Shown: positions 16,308 through 26,399 of the stretch, one piece after another
Position numbering within the stretch: the first letter of the stretch is position 1
Layout: each line of letters begins with the position of its first letter
Origin: Peptostreptococcaceae bacterium
GTDB lineage: Bacteria; Bacillota; Clostridia; Peptostreptococcales; Anaerovoracaceae
Direction of reading: 5' to 3'
Length of the DNA stretch: 30,773 nucleotides
NCBI GenBank assembly: GCA_016650115.1
Contig: JAENWI010000001.1
Span: 1 to 30,773 of the forward strand
Notes under the pieces: model-generated
What the model was told of the DNA's origin: nothing
The model's database searches: none
What the model saw: the letters and a program-made list of their open reading frames with translations, nothing else
Made by a program: the position numbers and the translations under genes

Positions 16308-16336
16308 TTGAAAAAAGATGTGATAATAGGTATAAT
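16308..16336 (+). promoter_or_regulatory. Sigma-A promoter of murA
   Basis: TTGAAA, 17 nt, TATAAT. Confidence 0.75.
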
Positions 16337-16389
16337 ATTTAAGGAAGATAAAGTGTTTTATACACGTTAATATATGTTTGGAGGTAACT

Positions 16390-17652
16390 GTGGCAAAATA
16401 TCTGGTACAAAAAAGCAAACCACTAAATGGTGAGGTAATAATAAGCGGTTCAAAAAATGCAATACTGCCAATAATGGCAGCTGCAATTTTAACCAGGGGA
16501 AAGTGTGAATTATTTGAAGTCCCTGCATTAAGAGATGTTGATGTAATGGCTAAATTACTTAGATGCGTAGGTTCAACGGTTGTTGAGGATTATGAAAACA
16601 GCAGACTTGAAATATTAACAGAAGAAATACTTGCAGAGGAAGCACCATATGAACTAGTTAAGAAAATGAGAGCATCAATCTTGATAATGGGAGCCCTTCT
16701 TGCCAGAACAGGAAAAGCCAGGGTAGCACTTCCCGGGGGCTGTGCCATCGGTGCAAGACCTATTGATTTGCATCTAAAAGGATTTCAGGCAATGGGAGCT
16801 ACAATAACAGAAGGACACGGATATGTTGAGGCAAGAGCAGAAAGACTTGTAGGAGCTAATATATATTTGGATTTCCCCAGCGTGGGAGCAACTGAAAATA
16901 TTATTATGGCAGCGTCCTTGGCTCAAGGTATTACAATCCTTGAAAACGTAGCAGAAGAACCGGAAATTGTTGATTTGGCTAATTTCTTGAATAAGATGGG
17001 GGCTAAAATAAAAGGTGCCGGTACTGATACAATTAAAATAGAGGGTGTAAAAGAATTATTCGGAACAAAACACGCGGTTATTCCTGACCGAATTGAAACT
17101 GGAACGTTTATGGTGGCGGCAGCAATTACTAGGGGAACTGTTTTAATAAAAAATGCTATGCCTGATCATGTAAAGCCAATTATCGCAAAACTTAGAGAAT
17201 GTGGTGTCGTGGTGGAATACAACGATGAGAGTATTTTAATAAAAGCAGATATTAATCCTCTTGTTTCCACTGATGTAAAAACTCTTCCATATCCTGGATT
17301 TCCAACAGATATGCAATCACAGTTCATGTCTTTGCTTGCCACGGTCAAAGGGTCAAGTACGGTAAATGAAACAGTCTTTGAAAATCGCTATATGCATATT
17401 GGGGAATTGAACCGAATGGGTGCCAATATAAAAATTGAGGGCAGAAGTGCTGTTATACAGGGTGAAAAGACGCTTCAGGGAGCACAGGTTATTGCTACTG
17501 ATTTAAGGGCTGGAGCTGCATTGGTTCTGGCTGGTTTCATGGCAGAAGGGGTAACAGAAATTTCAGAGATTTACCACATTGAAAGAGGATATGAAAAATT
17601 CCTGGTTAAATTTAGAAAATTAGGTGCAACAATTATTAGAATTGAAGACTAA
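16390..17652 (+). CDS. murA: UDP-N-acetylglucosamine 1-carboxyvinyltransferase
   Basis: SGSKNA, MRAS, LPGGCAIGARPIDLH (catalytic Cys), FPTDMQ, TDLRAGA; GTG 16390 preferred (RBS GGAGGT at 16380-16385). Confidence 0.97.
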   Translation: MAKYLVQKSKPLNGEVIISGSKNAILPIMAAAILTRGKCELFEVPALRDVDVMAKLLRCVGSTVVEDYENSRLEILTEEILAEEAPYELVKKMRASILIMGALLARTGKARVALPGGCAIGARPIDLHLKGFQAMGATITEGHGYVEARAERLVGANIYLDFPSVGATENIIMAASLAQGITILENVAEEPEIVDLANFLNKMGAKIKGAGTDTIKIEGVKELFGTKHAVIPDRIETGTFMVAAAITRGTVLIKNAMPDHVKPIIAKLRECGVVVEYNDESILIKADINPLVSTDVKTLPYPGFPTDMQSQFMSLLATVKGSSTVNETVFENRYMHIGELNRMGANIKIEGRSAVIQGEKTLQGAQVIATDLRAGAALVLAGFMAEGVTEISEIYHIERGYEKFLVKFRKLGATIIRIED

Positions 17653-17656
17653 TACT

Positions 17657-17687
17657 AAACTATCCCACCTGTTCTGGGATAGTTTTT
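17657..17687 (+). terminator. Intrinsic terminator after murA
   Basis: AAACTATCCCA-7nt-TGGGATAGTTTTT. Confidence 0.85.
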
Positions 17688-17721
17688 AAAAATATTCCAA
17701 TATAAAAAGGCGGATGTAATA

Positions 17722-19671
17722 ATGGAAGAAAAATATTTAAAACTCCTTGCAAAGGAATACCCAAATATAAAAAGTGCTGCTGCTGAAATTATTAATCTCA
17801 GTGCAATATTAAGTTTGCCAAAGGGAACGGAGTTCTTTTTCAGTGATTTACATGGAGAACATGAAGCCTTTATACATATGCTTAAAAGTGCATCAGGTGT
17901 AATAAGATCAAGAATTGATGACATATTCGGCAAATCACTTTCTGTAAAGGATAGAGACAGCCTGGCAGCATTAATTTATAGCTCTGAAGAGGAAATTAAA
18001 AATATAAAGGCTGGGAATGAAGATTATGATGAATGGTGTAAAGTTTCAATTTATAGACTTATTGAAGTCTGCAAGTCAGTTTCGACTAAATATACCAGAT
18101 CAAAAGTCCGTAAAAGACTACCTGTAAATTCCGGATATATAATGGATGAGCTGCTTCATGCTGAGGACGAAGCTAATAAAGAACATTATTATTCGGAAAT
18201 AATCAATTCAATTATTGCATGCCAGATGGGAGAGACGTTTATCAATCAGATAGCAAAAACAATTGGAAGACTAACGGTAGACAGACTTCATATAATAGGT
18301 GACATCTTCGATAGAGGGCCTCATCCTGATTATATTATGAATTTCCTGATGGATTTTCATGATGTTGATTTCCAATGGGGAAATCATGATATCCTTTGGA
18401 TGGGGGCTGCAACCGGCAACTGGGCATGTATAACAAATGTCATAAGACAAAACATAAGTTACAACAATTTTGATATGCTTGAGGTCGGCTATGGTATTAA
18501 TTTAAGACCGCTTGCCATGTTTGCCAATGATGTATATAAAGATGACCCCTGCAGTTTATTTGCTCCTCATATGCTGGATGAAAATAAATTTGACACTGTA
18601 GATGAGTCATTGACAGCGAAAATGCATAAGGCAATTTTAATCATACAGCTAAAAGTTGAGGGAGCCCGTATTATGGCTCATCCTGAATATAAAATGGAAG
18701 ATCGCCTGCTACTGGACAAAATAGATTTTGAAAATGGCACAATAAAAATCAATCAAACGGAATATAAAATGAAGGATATGAATTTCCCTACCATTGACTC
18801 TGAAAACCCATATGAACTTTCAAAAGCAGAAGAGAATTTATTGAATACAATTGAAGCCTCCTTTCTTCACAGTGAATCACTTCAACGACAAATAAAATTC
18901 CTTTTCAGCCATGGAGCAATGTATATGTGTATTAATGGGAATCTGCTATACCATGGTTGTATTCCAATGACAAATGACGGTGAATTTGAAAATTGCACGA
19001 TTAACGGAACGACCTGCAAAGGTAAAAAACTGCTTGATTACATAGATCAACAAGTCAGAAATGCTTATTTTAATCCGTCAAAATCTGAGGAAACTGGACG
19101 ATCAGGAGATATTATGTGGTATTTGTGGCTTGGGAATAAATCACCTCTTTTTGGAAAAGATAAGATGGCAACATTCGAGAGATTTTTTATTGAAGAAGAA
19201 AGCACACATAGAGAAAAATCTGATCCATATTATGAATTGAATAATAAGAAAGAAATATGCGAAAAAATATTAAAAGAGTTCAACCTTGATATAACGTCAT
19301 CCCATATATTAAATGGACATGTTCCTGTAAAAATAAAAGATGGAGAAAGCCCAATCAAGGGCGAGGGCTTATTGTATATTATCGATGGTGGAATGTCTAA
19401 GGCATACCAGAAAACAACAGGAATAGCAGGATATACCTTTATCTCAAGTTCAAGATATATGGCATTGACAGAACATTTCCCTTATATGCCTGCATATGAA
19501 AACAGGGAGGAAAAATATACAGCTCCTAAAATTAAAATTGTTGAAACTTTTAAAAAAAGAATAAATGTTAGTGATACAGATATTGGTCATACCATTCAGG
19601 AAGATGTTAAAGAGCTTCAAAATCTCGTCAATGCTTATAAAATAGGGGTTATAAAAGAAATAATTCAGTAG
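17722..19671 (+). CDS. fbp: Fructose-1,6-bisphosphatase class III
   Basis: LPKGTEFFFSDLHGE, GDIFDRGP, QWGNHD, NLLYHGCIP, NGHVPV, IDGGMSKAYQ; 649 aa. Confidence 0.95.
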   Translation: MEEKYLKLLAKEYPNIKSAAAEIINLSAILSLPKGTEFFFSDLHGEHEAFIHMLKSASGVIRSRIDDIFGKSLSVKDRDSLAALIYSSEEEIKNIKAGNEDYDEWCKVSIYRLIEVCKSVSTKYTRSKVRKRLPVNSGYIMDELLHAEDEANKEHYYSEIINSIIACQMGETFINQIAKTIGRLTVDRLHIIGDIFDRGPHPDYIMNFLMDFHDVDFQWGNHDILWMGAATGNWACITNVIRQNISYNNFDMLEVGYGINLRPLAMFANDVYKDDPCSLFAPHMLDENKFDTVDESLTAKMHKAILIIQLKVEGARIMAHPEYKMEDRLLLDKIDFENGTIKINQTEYKMKDMNFPTIDSENPYELSKAEENLLNTIEASFLHSESLQRQIKFLFSHGAMYMCINGNLLYHGCIPMTNDGEFENCTINGTTCKGKKLLDYIDQQVRNAYFNPSKSEETGRSGDIMWYLWLGNKSPLFGKDKMATFERFFIEEESTHREKSDPYYELNNKKEICEKILKEFNLDITSSHILNGHVPVKIKDGESPIKGEGLLYIIDGGMSKAYQKTTGIAGYTFISSSRYMALTEHFPYMPAYENREEKYTAPKIKIVETFKKRINVSDTDIGHTIQEDVKELQNLVNAYKIGVIKEIIQ

Positions 19672-19698
19672 CTTATTGTAGTAATATGAAAGGAAATT

Positions 19699-20976
19699 AT
19701 GATGAAGAAAATATATGAATTTGAAACAGCCTGCGTTCACGGTGCTTATAAAGCAGAAAGCGGAGAGCCGCAGCAATTACCAATTATTCAGAATACAACA
19801 TACAGATATTATAATGCAAAAGATGTAGCAGACCTTTTCGATTTGGAAAGCGCCGGATATTTTTATTCGAGGCTTGGAAATCCTACGGTGAATGCACTTG
19901 AAGAAAAAATGGCTCTTCTAGAAGGAGGCACAGCAGGTTTGGCAGCTTCATCAGGACAAAGTGCCACTTTAATGACGATGCTGAATATCTGTAAGGCAGG
20001 GGATCATGTTATTTCATCTATCAGTGTTTATGGAGGTACCTTTAATTTGTTAGGTGTTACTCTCCAAAAGATGGGAATTGAAGTTACTTTTATTGATCAG
20101 GATATATCATTAGATGAAATACTAAGTTTTAATAAGCCAAATACAAAAGTTTTATTTGCAGAAACACTTTCAAATCCATCCCTGAATGTTCTGGATTTTG
20201 AAAAGTTTTCTAATGCTGCAAAAAAAATGGGAGTACCATTAATTATTGATAACACTCTCGCTACCCCGGCTTTATGCAGACCAATCGAATATGGCGCTGA
20301 TATTGTCATCCAATCTACTACAAAATATGCGGATGGTCATGGAAGCAGCCTAGGAGGTATGGTCGTAGAGGCTGGAACATTTGACTGGTCAATCGACGGG
20401 AAATTCCCAGAGATGACTGAACCAGATCCCAGCTATCACGGATTGAAATTTTATGAAAAATTTGGGAGTATTGCTTTTGCACTCAAGTTAAGAGCTCAAA
20501 TGCTTAGAGACATGGGATGCACAATGGCACCTATGAATGCTTATTTAACGCATCAAGGGCTTCAAACTCTACATTTGAGAATGGAAAGGCATAGTGAGAA
20601 TGCACTTGCTCTTGCTAATTTCCTACAGGGGAATGAAAATGTTGAATGGGTAATATATCCTGGTCTTGAAAAAGACAAGAATTATAAACTGTCAAAAAAA
20701 TATTTACCAAATGGTGCCAGCGGCGTTTTAACATTTGGGGTGAAGGGTGGAAAAACTGCCGGTGAGAAGTTCCTTGAGAAACTTGAACTTGCAAGTATTG
20801 TTGTACATGTTGGCGATATTCGCACCAGCGTTCTTCATCCGGCAAGCACAACACACAGACAACTATCAGAATCGGAACAATTGAAAGCTGGAATAAAACC
20901 AGAATTAATAAGAGTTTCGGTTGGTCTTGAATCAATTAAGGATATAATTGCTGATTTTGAAAATGCATTGAAATAA
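19699..20976 (+). CDS. metY: O-acetylhomoserine aminocarboxypropyltransferase (sulfhydrylase)
   Basis: YSRLGNPTV, ASSGQSA, IDNT, QSTTKY (PLP Lys), VHVGD, HPASTTHRQL, IRVSVGLE. Confidence 0.9.
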   Translation: MMKKIYEFETACVHGAYKAESGEPQQLPIIQNTTYRYYNAKDVADLFDLESAGYFYSRLGNPTVNALEEKMALLEGGTAGLAASSGQSATLMTMLNICKAGDHVISSISVYGGTFNLLGVTLQKMGIEVTFIDQDISLDEILSFNKPNTKVLFAETLSNPSLNVLDFEKFSNAAKKMGVPLIIDNTLATPALCRPIEYGADIVIQSTTKYADGHGSSLGGMVVEAGTFDWSIDGKFPEMTEPDPSYHGLKFYEKFGSIAFALKLRAQMLRDMGCTMAPMNAYLTHQGLQTLHLRMERHSENALALANFLQGNENVEWVIYPGLEKDKNYKLSKKYLPNGASGVLTFGVKGGKTAGEKFLEKLELASIVVHVGDIRTSVLHPASTTHRQLSESEQLKAGIKPELIRVSVGLESIKDIIADFENALK

Positions 20977-20996
20977 AATAGAAATGGAGAAATAGG

Positions 20997-21911
20997 ATGC
21001 CGATTATAATACCTAATGAATTGCCTGCATTTGATACATTGCAGGGAGAAAATATTTTTGCTATGAGTAAAGCAAGAGCAGTTGCTCAGGATATAAGACC
21101 TCTTAAAATCCTGGTGGTTAATTTAATGCCGACTAAGATTTCAACAGAAACACAACTAGCCAGAGTGCTTGCAAATTCTCCGCTTCAGGTAGAATTAACT
21201 TTTTTATGTATGGATACACATGAATCGAAAAACACGGATAAATCTCATCTGGATGAATTCTACAGAACTTTTGATGAAGTGAAAAACCAGCGTTTTGATG
21301 GAATGATTTTAACGGGAGCACCTATCGAAACGTTACCTTTTGAAGAGGTTGACTACTGGAAAGAGCTTTGCAAAATAATGGAATTTTCTAAGACAAATGT
21401 ATACAGCAGTGTTCATATCTGCTGGGGAGCTCAGGCTGCCCTTTATTATCATTATGGAATTAATAAATATCATGTTGATAAGAAAATTTTCGGTGTTTTC
21501 GAGCATAAGGTGGTCAGACCTTATAATCCTCTCGTCAGGGGTTTTGATGAGGTTTTTTATGCACCTCACTCCAGATATACGACAATTAAGAAAAATGAAA
21601 TACTTGCGGAACCGGCTTTAAGAATACTTGCGGAATCAGAAGAGGTAGGTATACATATTATGGCAACCGAAAATGGCAGACAAATATTTATTATGGGTCA
21701 TCAGGAATATGATAAGGAGACTTTGGCCTCGGAGTATTTTAGAGACATTAATAAAGGGACAGATATTAATATTCCATGTAATTATTTTAAAGACGATGAT
21801 CCGGAAAAGGAAATTCTTTTCAGATGGAGAAGCCATGCGAGTTTGCTTTTCTGCAATTGGCTAAATTATTATGTTTATCAGGAAACCCCATTTGATTTGG
21901 ATTCTTTATAA
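20997..21911 (+). CDS. metA: Homoserine O-acetyltransferase, MetA family (MetAA)
   Basis: QDIRPL, NLMP.K..TE, TGAPIE with Glu at codon 111, ICWGAQA with Cys at codon 142, GHQEY. Confidence 0.93.
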   Translation: MPIIIPNELPAFDTLQGENIFAMSKARAVAQDIRPLKILVVNLMPTKISTETQLARVLANSPLQVELTFLCMDTHESKNTDKSHLDEFYRTFDEVKNQRFDGMILTGAPIETLPFEEVDYWKELCKIMEFSKTNVYSSVHICWGAQAALYYHYGINKYHVDKKIFGVFEHKVVRPYNPLVRGFDEVFYAPHSRYTTIKKNEILAEPALRILAESEEVGIHIMATENGRQIFIMGHQEYDKETLASEYFRDINKGTDINIPCNYFKDDDPEKEILFRWRSHASLLFCNWLNYYVYQETPFDLDSL

Positions 21912-21960
21912 ATCAAACATGTAAAATACTGTTTTAAAACAAAAACTGAATAGCATTATC

Positions 21961-22005
21961 AAGACGCTGACAATTGTTTAAATTTTAACATTCAGCGCCT
22001 TTTTT
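21961..22005 (+). terminator. Probable terminator after metA
   Basis: CGCTGA/TCAGCG stem with inner TGTT/AACA pairing, followed by a T-run. Confidence 0.55.
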
Positions 22006-22145
22006 AATGCGCTTAAAAGTGTATTGTATACATCTGTTTTTCGTCTTGCTATATATCCTGTAATGTGGTTAAATCAATTTTATTGTATTAACAATAAATA
22101 ATAAAGTAACAGGAAATTATAATTCCGGAAAAGAGTGGGAAGGGT

Positions 22146-23456
22146 ATGTTTTCATTTAAAAAATCGCTAAAGAGTATTCATTTAGAACATAATAAAAGCA
22201 CAATGGATTTGTGTACAGAAATGATGCCAATTCCAGAGAAAGTTTTTATTTCTGTTGTTCAGCACATTGGTGCACCGTGTCAACCATTGGTAGAAATAGG
22301 AGATTTGGTAAAAGTAGGGCAGCTGATTGCTGATTCTAAAGCTTTTATTAGTGCACCTATACATTCAAGTGTTTCTGGTAAAGTCGTTAAAATTGAAGAC
22401 ATTATGTCCTCATTAGGGACTAAAGATAAAACGATAGTCATTGAGACTGATAAAAAACAAGAATTATGGGAGGGCATAGAGCCACCCCTGATTAACAGTA
22501 AAGATGATTTTATTAAAGCAATTCGAGATTCCGGACTTGTTGGACTTGGAGGTGCTGCTTTCCCTACGCACGTGAAATATAATCCGAAAAATCTTGATGA
22601 AGTGGACACCCTTATAGTAAATGGAGCTGAATGTGAACCATATATTACATCTGATTACAGAACGATGATGGAAGATACTGAAAACATTGTGTATGGGATC
22701 AGGATTATTATGAAATATTTAGATTTGAAAAAATGTTATATTGGGATAGAAAAAAACAAACCACTTGCAATTAAGAAACTGAAATATGCAACTAAGAATA
22801 TGACAGGGGTAACTGTCGTAACTCTTCAACCAAGCTATCCTCAGGGAGCAGAAAGAGTTTTGATTTATGAAACAACTGGGAAAAATTTACCACCTGGGAA
22901 ACTACCTGCAGATATAGGAATGATTGTTTCGAATATTTCAACAGTTGGATTTGTATCAGAATACTATAAAACCGGTTTGCCTTTGATTTCAAAAAGAATA
23001 ACAGTGGACGGCAATGCTGTTCTTTTTCCTAAAAATTTAAGGGTCCCAATTGGTTCCAGAATATGCGACATTATAGATTTTTGCGGCGGCTATACAAAAC
23101 CTCCAAAGAAAATTATCATGGGAGGACCTATGATGGGTCGTGCAATATATAATCACAAAAAGGCGTTAATTAAAAACAATAATGCGATTTTGGTTTTTGA
23201 TGAAGAAATGTCAAAGACACCAGAAGAAACAGAATGCATAAACTGTGGGAGATGTTACGCAAATTGTCCTCTGAATCTAATGCCAACAGCGATTGCAAAA
23301 GAATTCAGCAGAAATAACATTGAAGGATTAAAAAAATTAAATGTTTCAATTTGCATGGAATGCGGTTGTTGTACTTATGTCTGTCCTGCAAAAAAACAGT
23401 TAAGTATGATTAACCGGTTATCCAAAAAACTTATTCAGGAGGAGGCAAAAAAATAA
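22146..23456 (+). CDS. rnfC: Rnf complex subunit C
   Basis: QHIGAP, PIHSSVSG, GLGGAAFPT, NGAECEPY, GGPMMG, two CxxCxxCxxxCP motifs. Confidence 0.96.
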   Translation: MFSFKKSLKSIHLEHNKSTMDLCTEMMPIPEKVFISVVQHIGAPCQPLVEIGDLVKVGQLIADSKAFISAPIHSSVSGKVVKIEDIMSSLGTKDKTIVIETDKKQELWEGIEPPLINSKDDFIKAIRDSGLVGLGGAAFPTHVKYNPKNLDEVDTLIVNGAECEPYITSDYRTMMEDTENIVYGIRIIMKYLDLKKCYIGIEKNKPLAIKKLKYATKNMTGVTVVTLQPSYPQGAERVLIYETTGKNLPPGKLPADIGMIVSNISTVGFVSEYYKTGLPLISKRITVDGNAVLFPKNLRVPIGSRICDIIDFCGGYTKPPKKIIMGGPMMGRAIYNHKKALIKNNNAILVFDEEMSKTPEETECINCGRCYANCPLNLMPTAIAKEFSRNNIEGLKKLNVSICMECGCCTYVCPAKKQLSMINRLSKKLIQEEAKK

Positions 23457-24430
23457 TGGGATTATTTAAGGATTTATATATAAATGACAGTTTGATTGTT
23501 GCCTCTTCTCCGCATAGGGTAAGTGACGTGACAACATCTAAAATAATGAGAGACGTGATTATCGGGCTTTCTCCTGCATTAATAATGTCTACTTTTAACT
23601 TTGGGTTTCAGGTACTGGCAATGGCAAGTGTTTGTATTGCTGCATGTATTGCGTTTGAAGCCGGATTTCAATATATTACAAAAAGAACTCATACAACTAA
23701 TGATTTAAGTGCGGTTGTAACCGGATTGATATTGGCCTTTAATTTACCTCCGACATTACCTTACTGGATGGCTATTACAGGATGTTTTGTCGCCATTGTC
23801 ATTGTTAAACAAATTTTTGGTGGAATAGGCCAGAACTTTGCAAATCCGGCAGCAACAGCGAGAATAGTTTTATTACTTTCCTTCACTAATTCTATGACGA
23901 CATGGGCAAAACCATCAATTCCTTTGTTTGGTGTGCCTGCAATAGATGCCGTTACCAGCGCAACTCCTTTAATGCTTTTTTCAAATGGCCAGCTGACGGA
24001 ATTGCCGGCAAAAATAGATTTACTGTTGGGATTTACAGGCGGATCACTTGGAGAGACCAGCGGGATAGCTTTTCTTATTGGTGGAACTTATCTCATCATC
24101 AGAAAAATAATATTACCGGCAATCCCTATGGCATTTCTTGGAACGATGATTGTTTTTTCACTTTTAATTGGTATCGATCCAGCTTTTCAAATATTCGCTG
24201 GGGGAGCAATGCTGGGTGCCTTTTTTATGGCAACAGACTATGCAACAACTCCAATCACAACAAAGGGTAAAATTGTATTCGGCATTGGCTGTGGTTTAAT
24301 CACAATGCTGATTAGGGTATATGGCTCATTACCCGAAGGAGTATCCTTTGCCATACTCTTTATGAATATATTAACGCCTCATATTGACAATTTTTTCCAG
24401 GGAAGATTATATGGAAGGAGTTCAAAATGA
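23456..24430 (+). CDS. rnfD: Rnf complex subunit D
   Basis: SSPH, DLSAVVTG, FGGIGQNFANPA, TSATPL (FMN site), GSLGET, FFMATDY. Confidence 0.96.
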   Translation: MGLFKDLYINDSLIVASSPHRVSDVTTSKIMRDVIIGLSPALIMSTFNFGFQVLAMASVCIAACIAFEAGFQYITKRTHTTNDLSAVVTGLILAFNLPPTLPYWMAITGCFVAIVIVKQIFGGIGQNFANPAATARIVLLLSFTNSMTTWAKPSIPLFGVPAIDAVTSATPLMLFSNGQLTELPAKIDLLLGFTGGSLGETSGIAFLIGGTYLIIRKIILPAIPMAFLGTMIVFSLLIGIDPAFQIFAGGAMLGAFFMATDYATTPITTKGKIVFGIGCGLITMLIRVYGSLPEGVSFAILFMNILTPHIDNFFQGRLYGRSSK

Positions 24431-25035
24431 ATCGTTCAAAAGACAAATATGCATTCATAAAAGAATATGTAATGCCAACAATCGTTTTAGTTTTAATTTG
24501 TTTTGTGGTAACTTTTTCTTTAGTCACGACTTATAAAGTAACCGCTCCAATTATTAAAGCTACAGCTGAAAAGTCGGCGGAGTCAGCAAGAGACCGGGTT
24601 TTATCAGGGAGTGGAGGATTTAAATTAATCGCATCCATTGAACAGGCTTCAGCGGGTCCAAATGAAGACAACCAAACGGGAGACAAGCAGGAAAATATAA
24701 AAATTGGAAGCAACATCATTGATATATACAAATCCAACAATGGAGTAGGGTATGTGATTACCTCTGCAGATCAGGGTTATGGAGGAGAAATAAAAGTGAT
24801 AACCGGTTTTTCCAAGAATGGATTAATTCAAAATGTAATGCTTTTGGAACAAAAGGAAACTCCGGGACTTGGTACGAAAGCCTCAAAAAAAGATTTTACT
24901 GACAAGTTCATAGGACTGGATAATGTTGAAAGTGTTGATACCATTTCCGGGGCAACGATATCTTCAAGTGCAGTTAAAAGAGCCGTTGCAGCAGCGCTTG
25001 ACCAAATGAGGAGTATAAAGGAAGGGGGACTATAA
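24427..25035 (+). CDS. rnfG: Rnf complex subunit G
   Basis: N-terminal TM, GYGGEI, ETPGLG, DTISGATISS (FMN site). Confidence 0.93.
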   Translation: MNRSKDKYAFIKEYVMPTIVLVLICFVVTFSLVTTYKVTAPIIKATAEKSAESARDRVLSGSGGFKLIASIEQASAGPNEDNQTGDKQENIKIGSNIIDIYKSNNGVGYVITSADQGYGGEIKVITGFSKNGLIQNVMLLEQKETPGLGTKASKKDFTDKFIGLDNVESVDTISGATISSSAVKRAVAAALDQMRSIKEGGL

Positions 25036-25770
25036 ATGAACCAGCTGGATACAAAAAGAAAAGATAAAATAGCATTGAAATCCATATTTATGAATGGAAT
25101 AATAAAGGAAAATCCTGTTTTAGTTCTTCTGTTGGGAACTTGCCCAACTTTAGCAGTAACCACTTCGGCTGTAAATGGTTTAGGTATGGGTATATCCACC
25201 ATGATTGTTCTTATTTTCTCAAACGTTTTTATATCAATATTTAAGAATATTATCCCATCGAGAGTAAGAATTCCTGCTTATATTGTAATCATTGCAGGTT
25301 TTGTAACAGTTGTGGGATTTGTTGTTAAGGCATATGCACCAGGAATAGACAAAGCTTTAGGTATTTTCTTACCATTGATCGTAGTAAATTGTATCATTTT
25401 GGGAAGAGCAGAGATGTTTGCCAGCAGGAAGAGTGTATTAGAGTCAACTTTCGACGGGGCAGGCATGGGGATAGGGTTTACTCTTGCTTTACTACTGATT
25501 GGAACGACCAGAGAATTGTTGGGAAGTGGTATGATCTTTGGGATTTCAATAACATCATCTTTAATAGAACCAATGGGTATTTTCCTAATGCCGCCAGGAG
25601 GCTTTTTCGTTTTCGGCTGTATGATCGCATTGGTGAATAAAATAATGAAAACTAAAAAAATCACCCCAAAACAAGAGATGGGATGTGCTGGATGCCCATC
25701 ATCGGCCTCATGCAATTTATCGACCGTTCAGGAAGACTTGGAAAAAAATAAATCAGAAGGAGATAAATAA
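25036..25770 (+). CDS. rnfE: Rnf complex subunit E
   Basis: ENPVLVLLLGTCPTLAVT, RIPAYI, LPLIVVNCIILGRAE, PPGGF. Confidence 0.96.
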   Translation: MNQLDTKRKDKIALKSIFMNGIIKENPVLVLLLGTCPTLAVTTSAVNGLGMGISTMIVLIFSNVFISIFKNIIPSRVRIPAYIVIIAGFVTVVGFVVKAYAPGIDKALGIFLPLIVVNCIILGRAEMFASRKSVLESTFDGAGMGIGFTLALLLIGTTRELLGSGMIFGISITSSLIEPMGIFLMPPGGFFVFGCMIALVNKIMKTKKITPKQEMGCAGCPSSASCNLSTVQEDLEKNKSEGDK

Positions 25771-25775
25771 TCATC

Positions 25776-26366
25776 ATGAAAGAAATATTAATTATTTTAA
25801 TGAGTGTAATTATAGTAGATAACTTTGTACTATCTAAGTTTCTTGGAATCTGCCCTTTTTTGGGAGTATCAAAAAAACTCAATGCGGCAGTTGGTATGAG
25901 CCTGGCAGTTACATTTGTTATGATTATTGCAACGGCGGTAACATATCCAATATATAAATTCCTCTTGGTGCAATATAATTTAGAATATCTGCAGACAATC
26001 GTATTTATTCTGGTAATTGCTTCACTTGTTCAACTTGTAGAAATTATATTGAAAAAATATGTACCTATCCTGCAACGCTCTTTAGGGATCTATTTACCTT
26101 TGATAACAACAAATTGCGCGGTTCTTGGCGTAACACTGCTAAATATAAAAGATGAGTACACCTATATTCAGTCCTTGGTGAATTCATTGGGGGCAGGGCT
26201 TGGATTTCTGCTTGCCATGGTTCTGTTTTCCGGAATCAGGCAAAGGATTGAACATAATAATATCCCTTTAAGTTTTAAGGGGGTTCCTTCTATACTTATT
26301 GCCGCATCAATCGTCGCTCTTTCTTTTATGGGTTTTGGCGGCGTTATTGAAGGTTTGTTTATTTAA
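25776..26366 (+). CDS. rnfA: Rnf complex subunit A
   Basis: NFVLSKFLGICPFLGVS, LGIYLPLITTNCAVLG, SFMGF. Confidence 0.96.
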   Translation: MKEILIILMSVIIVDNFVLSKFLGICPFLGVSKKLNAAVGMSLAVTFVMIIATAVTYPIYKFLLVQYNLEYLQTIVFILVIASLVQLVEIILKKYVPILQRSLGIYLPLITTNCAVLGVTLLNIKDEYTYIQSLVNSLGAGLGFLLAMVLFSGIRQRIEHNNIPLSFKGVPSILIAASIVALSFMGFGGVIEGLFI

Positions 26367-26399
26367 AATATAAAATAATAAATCAAGGAGAATTAAATT

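Noticed and set aside
19672-19698. SAM riboswitch or T-box before metY
   Set aside because: Intergenic gap too short and no core motifs seen.
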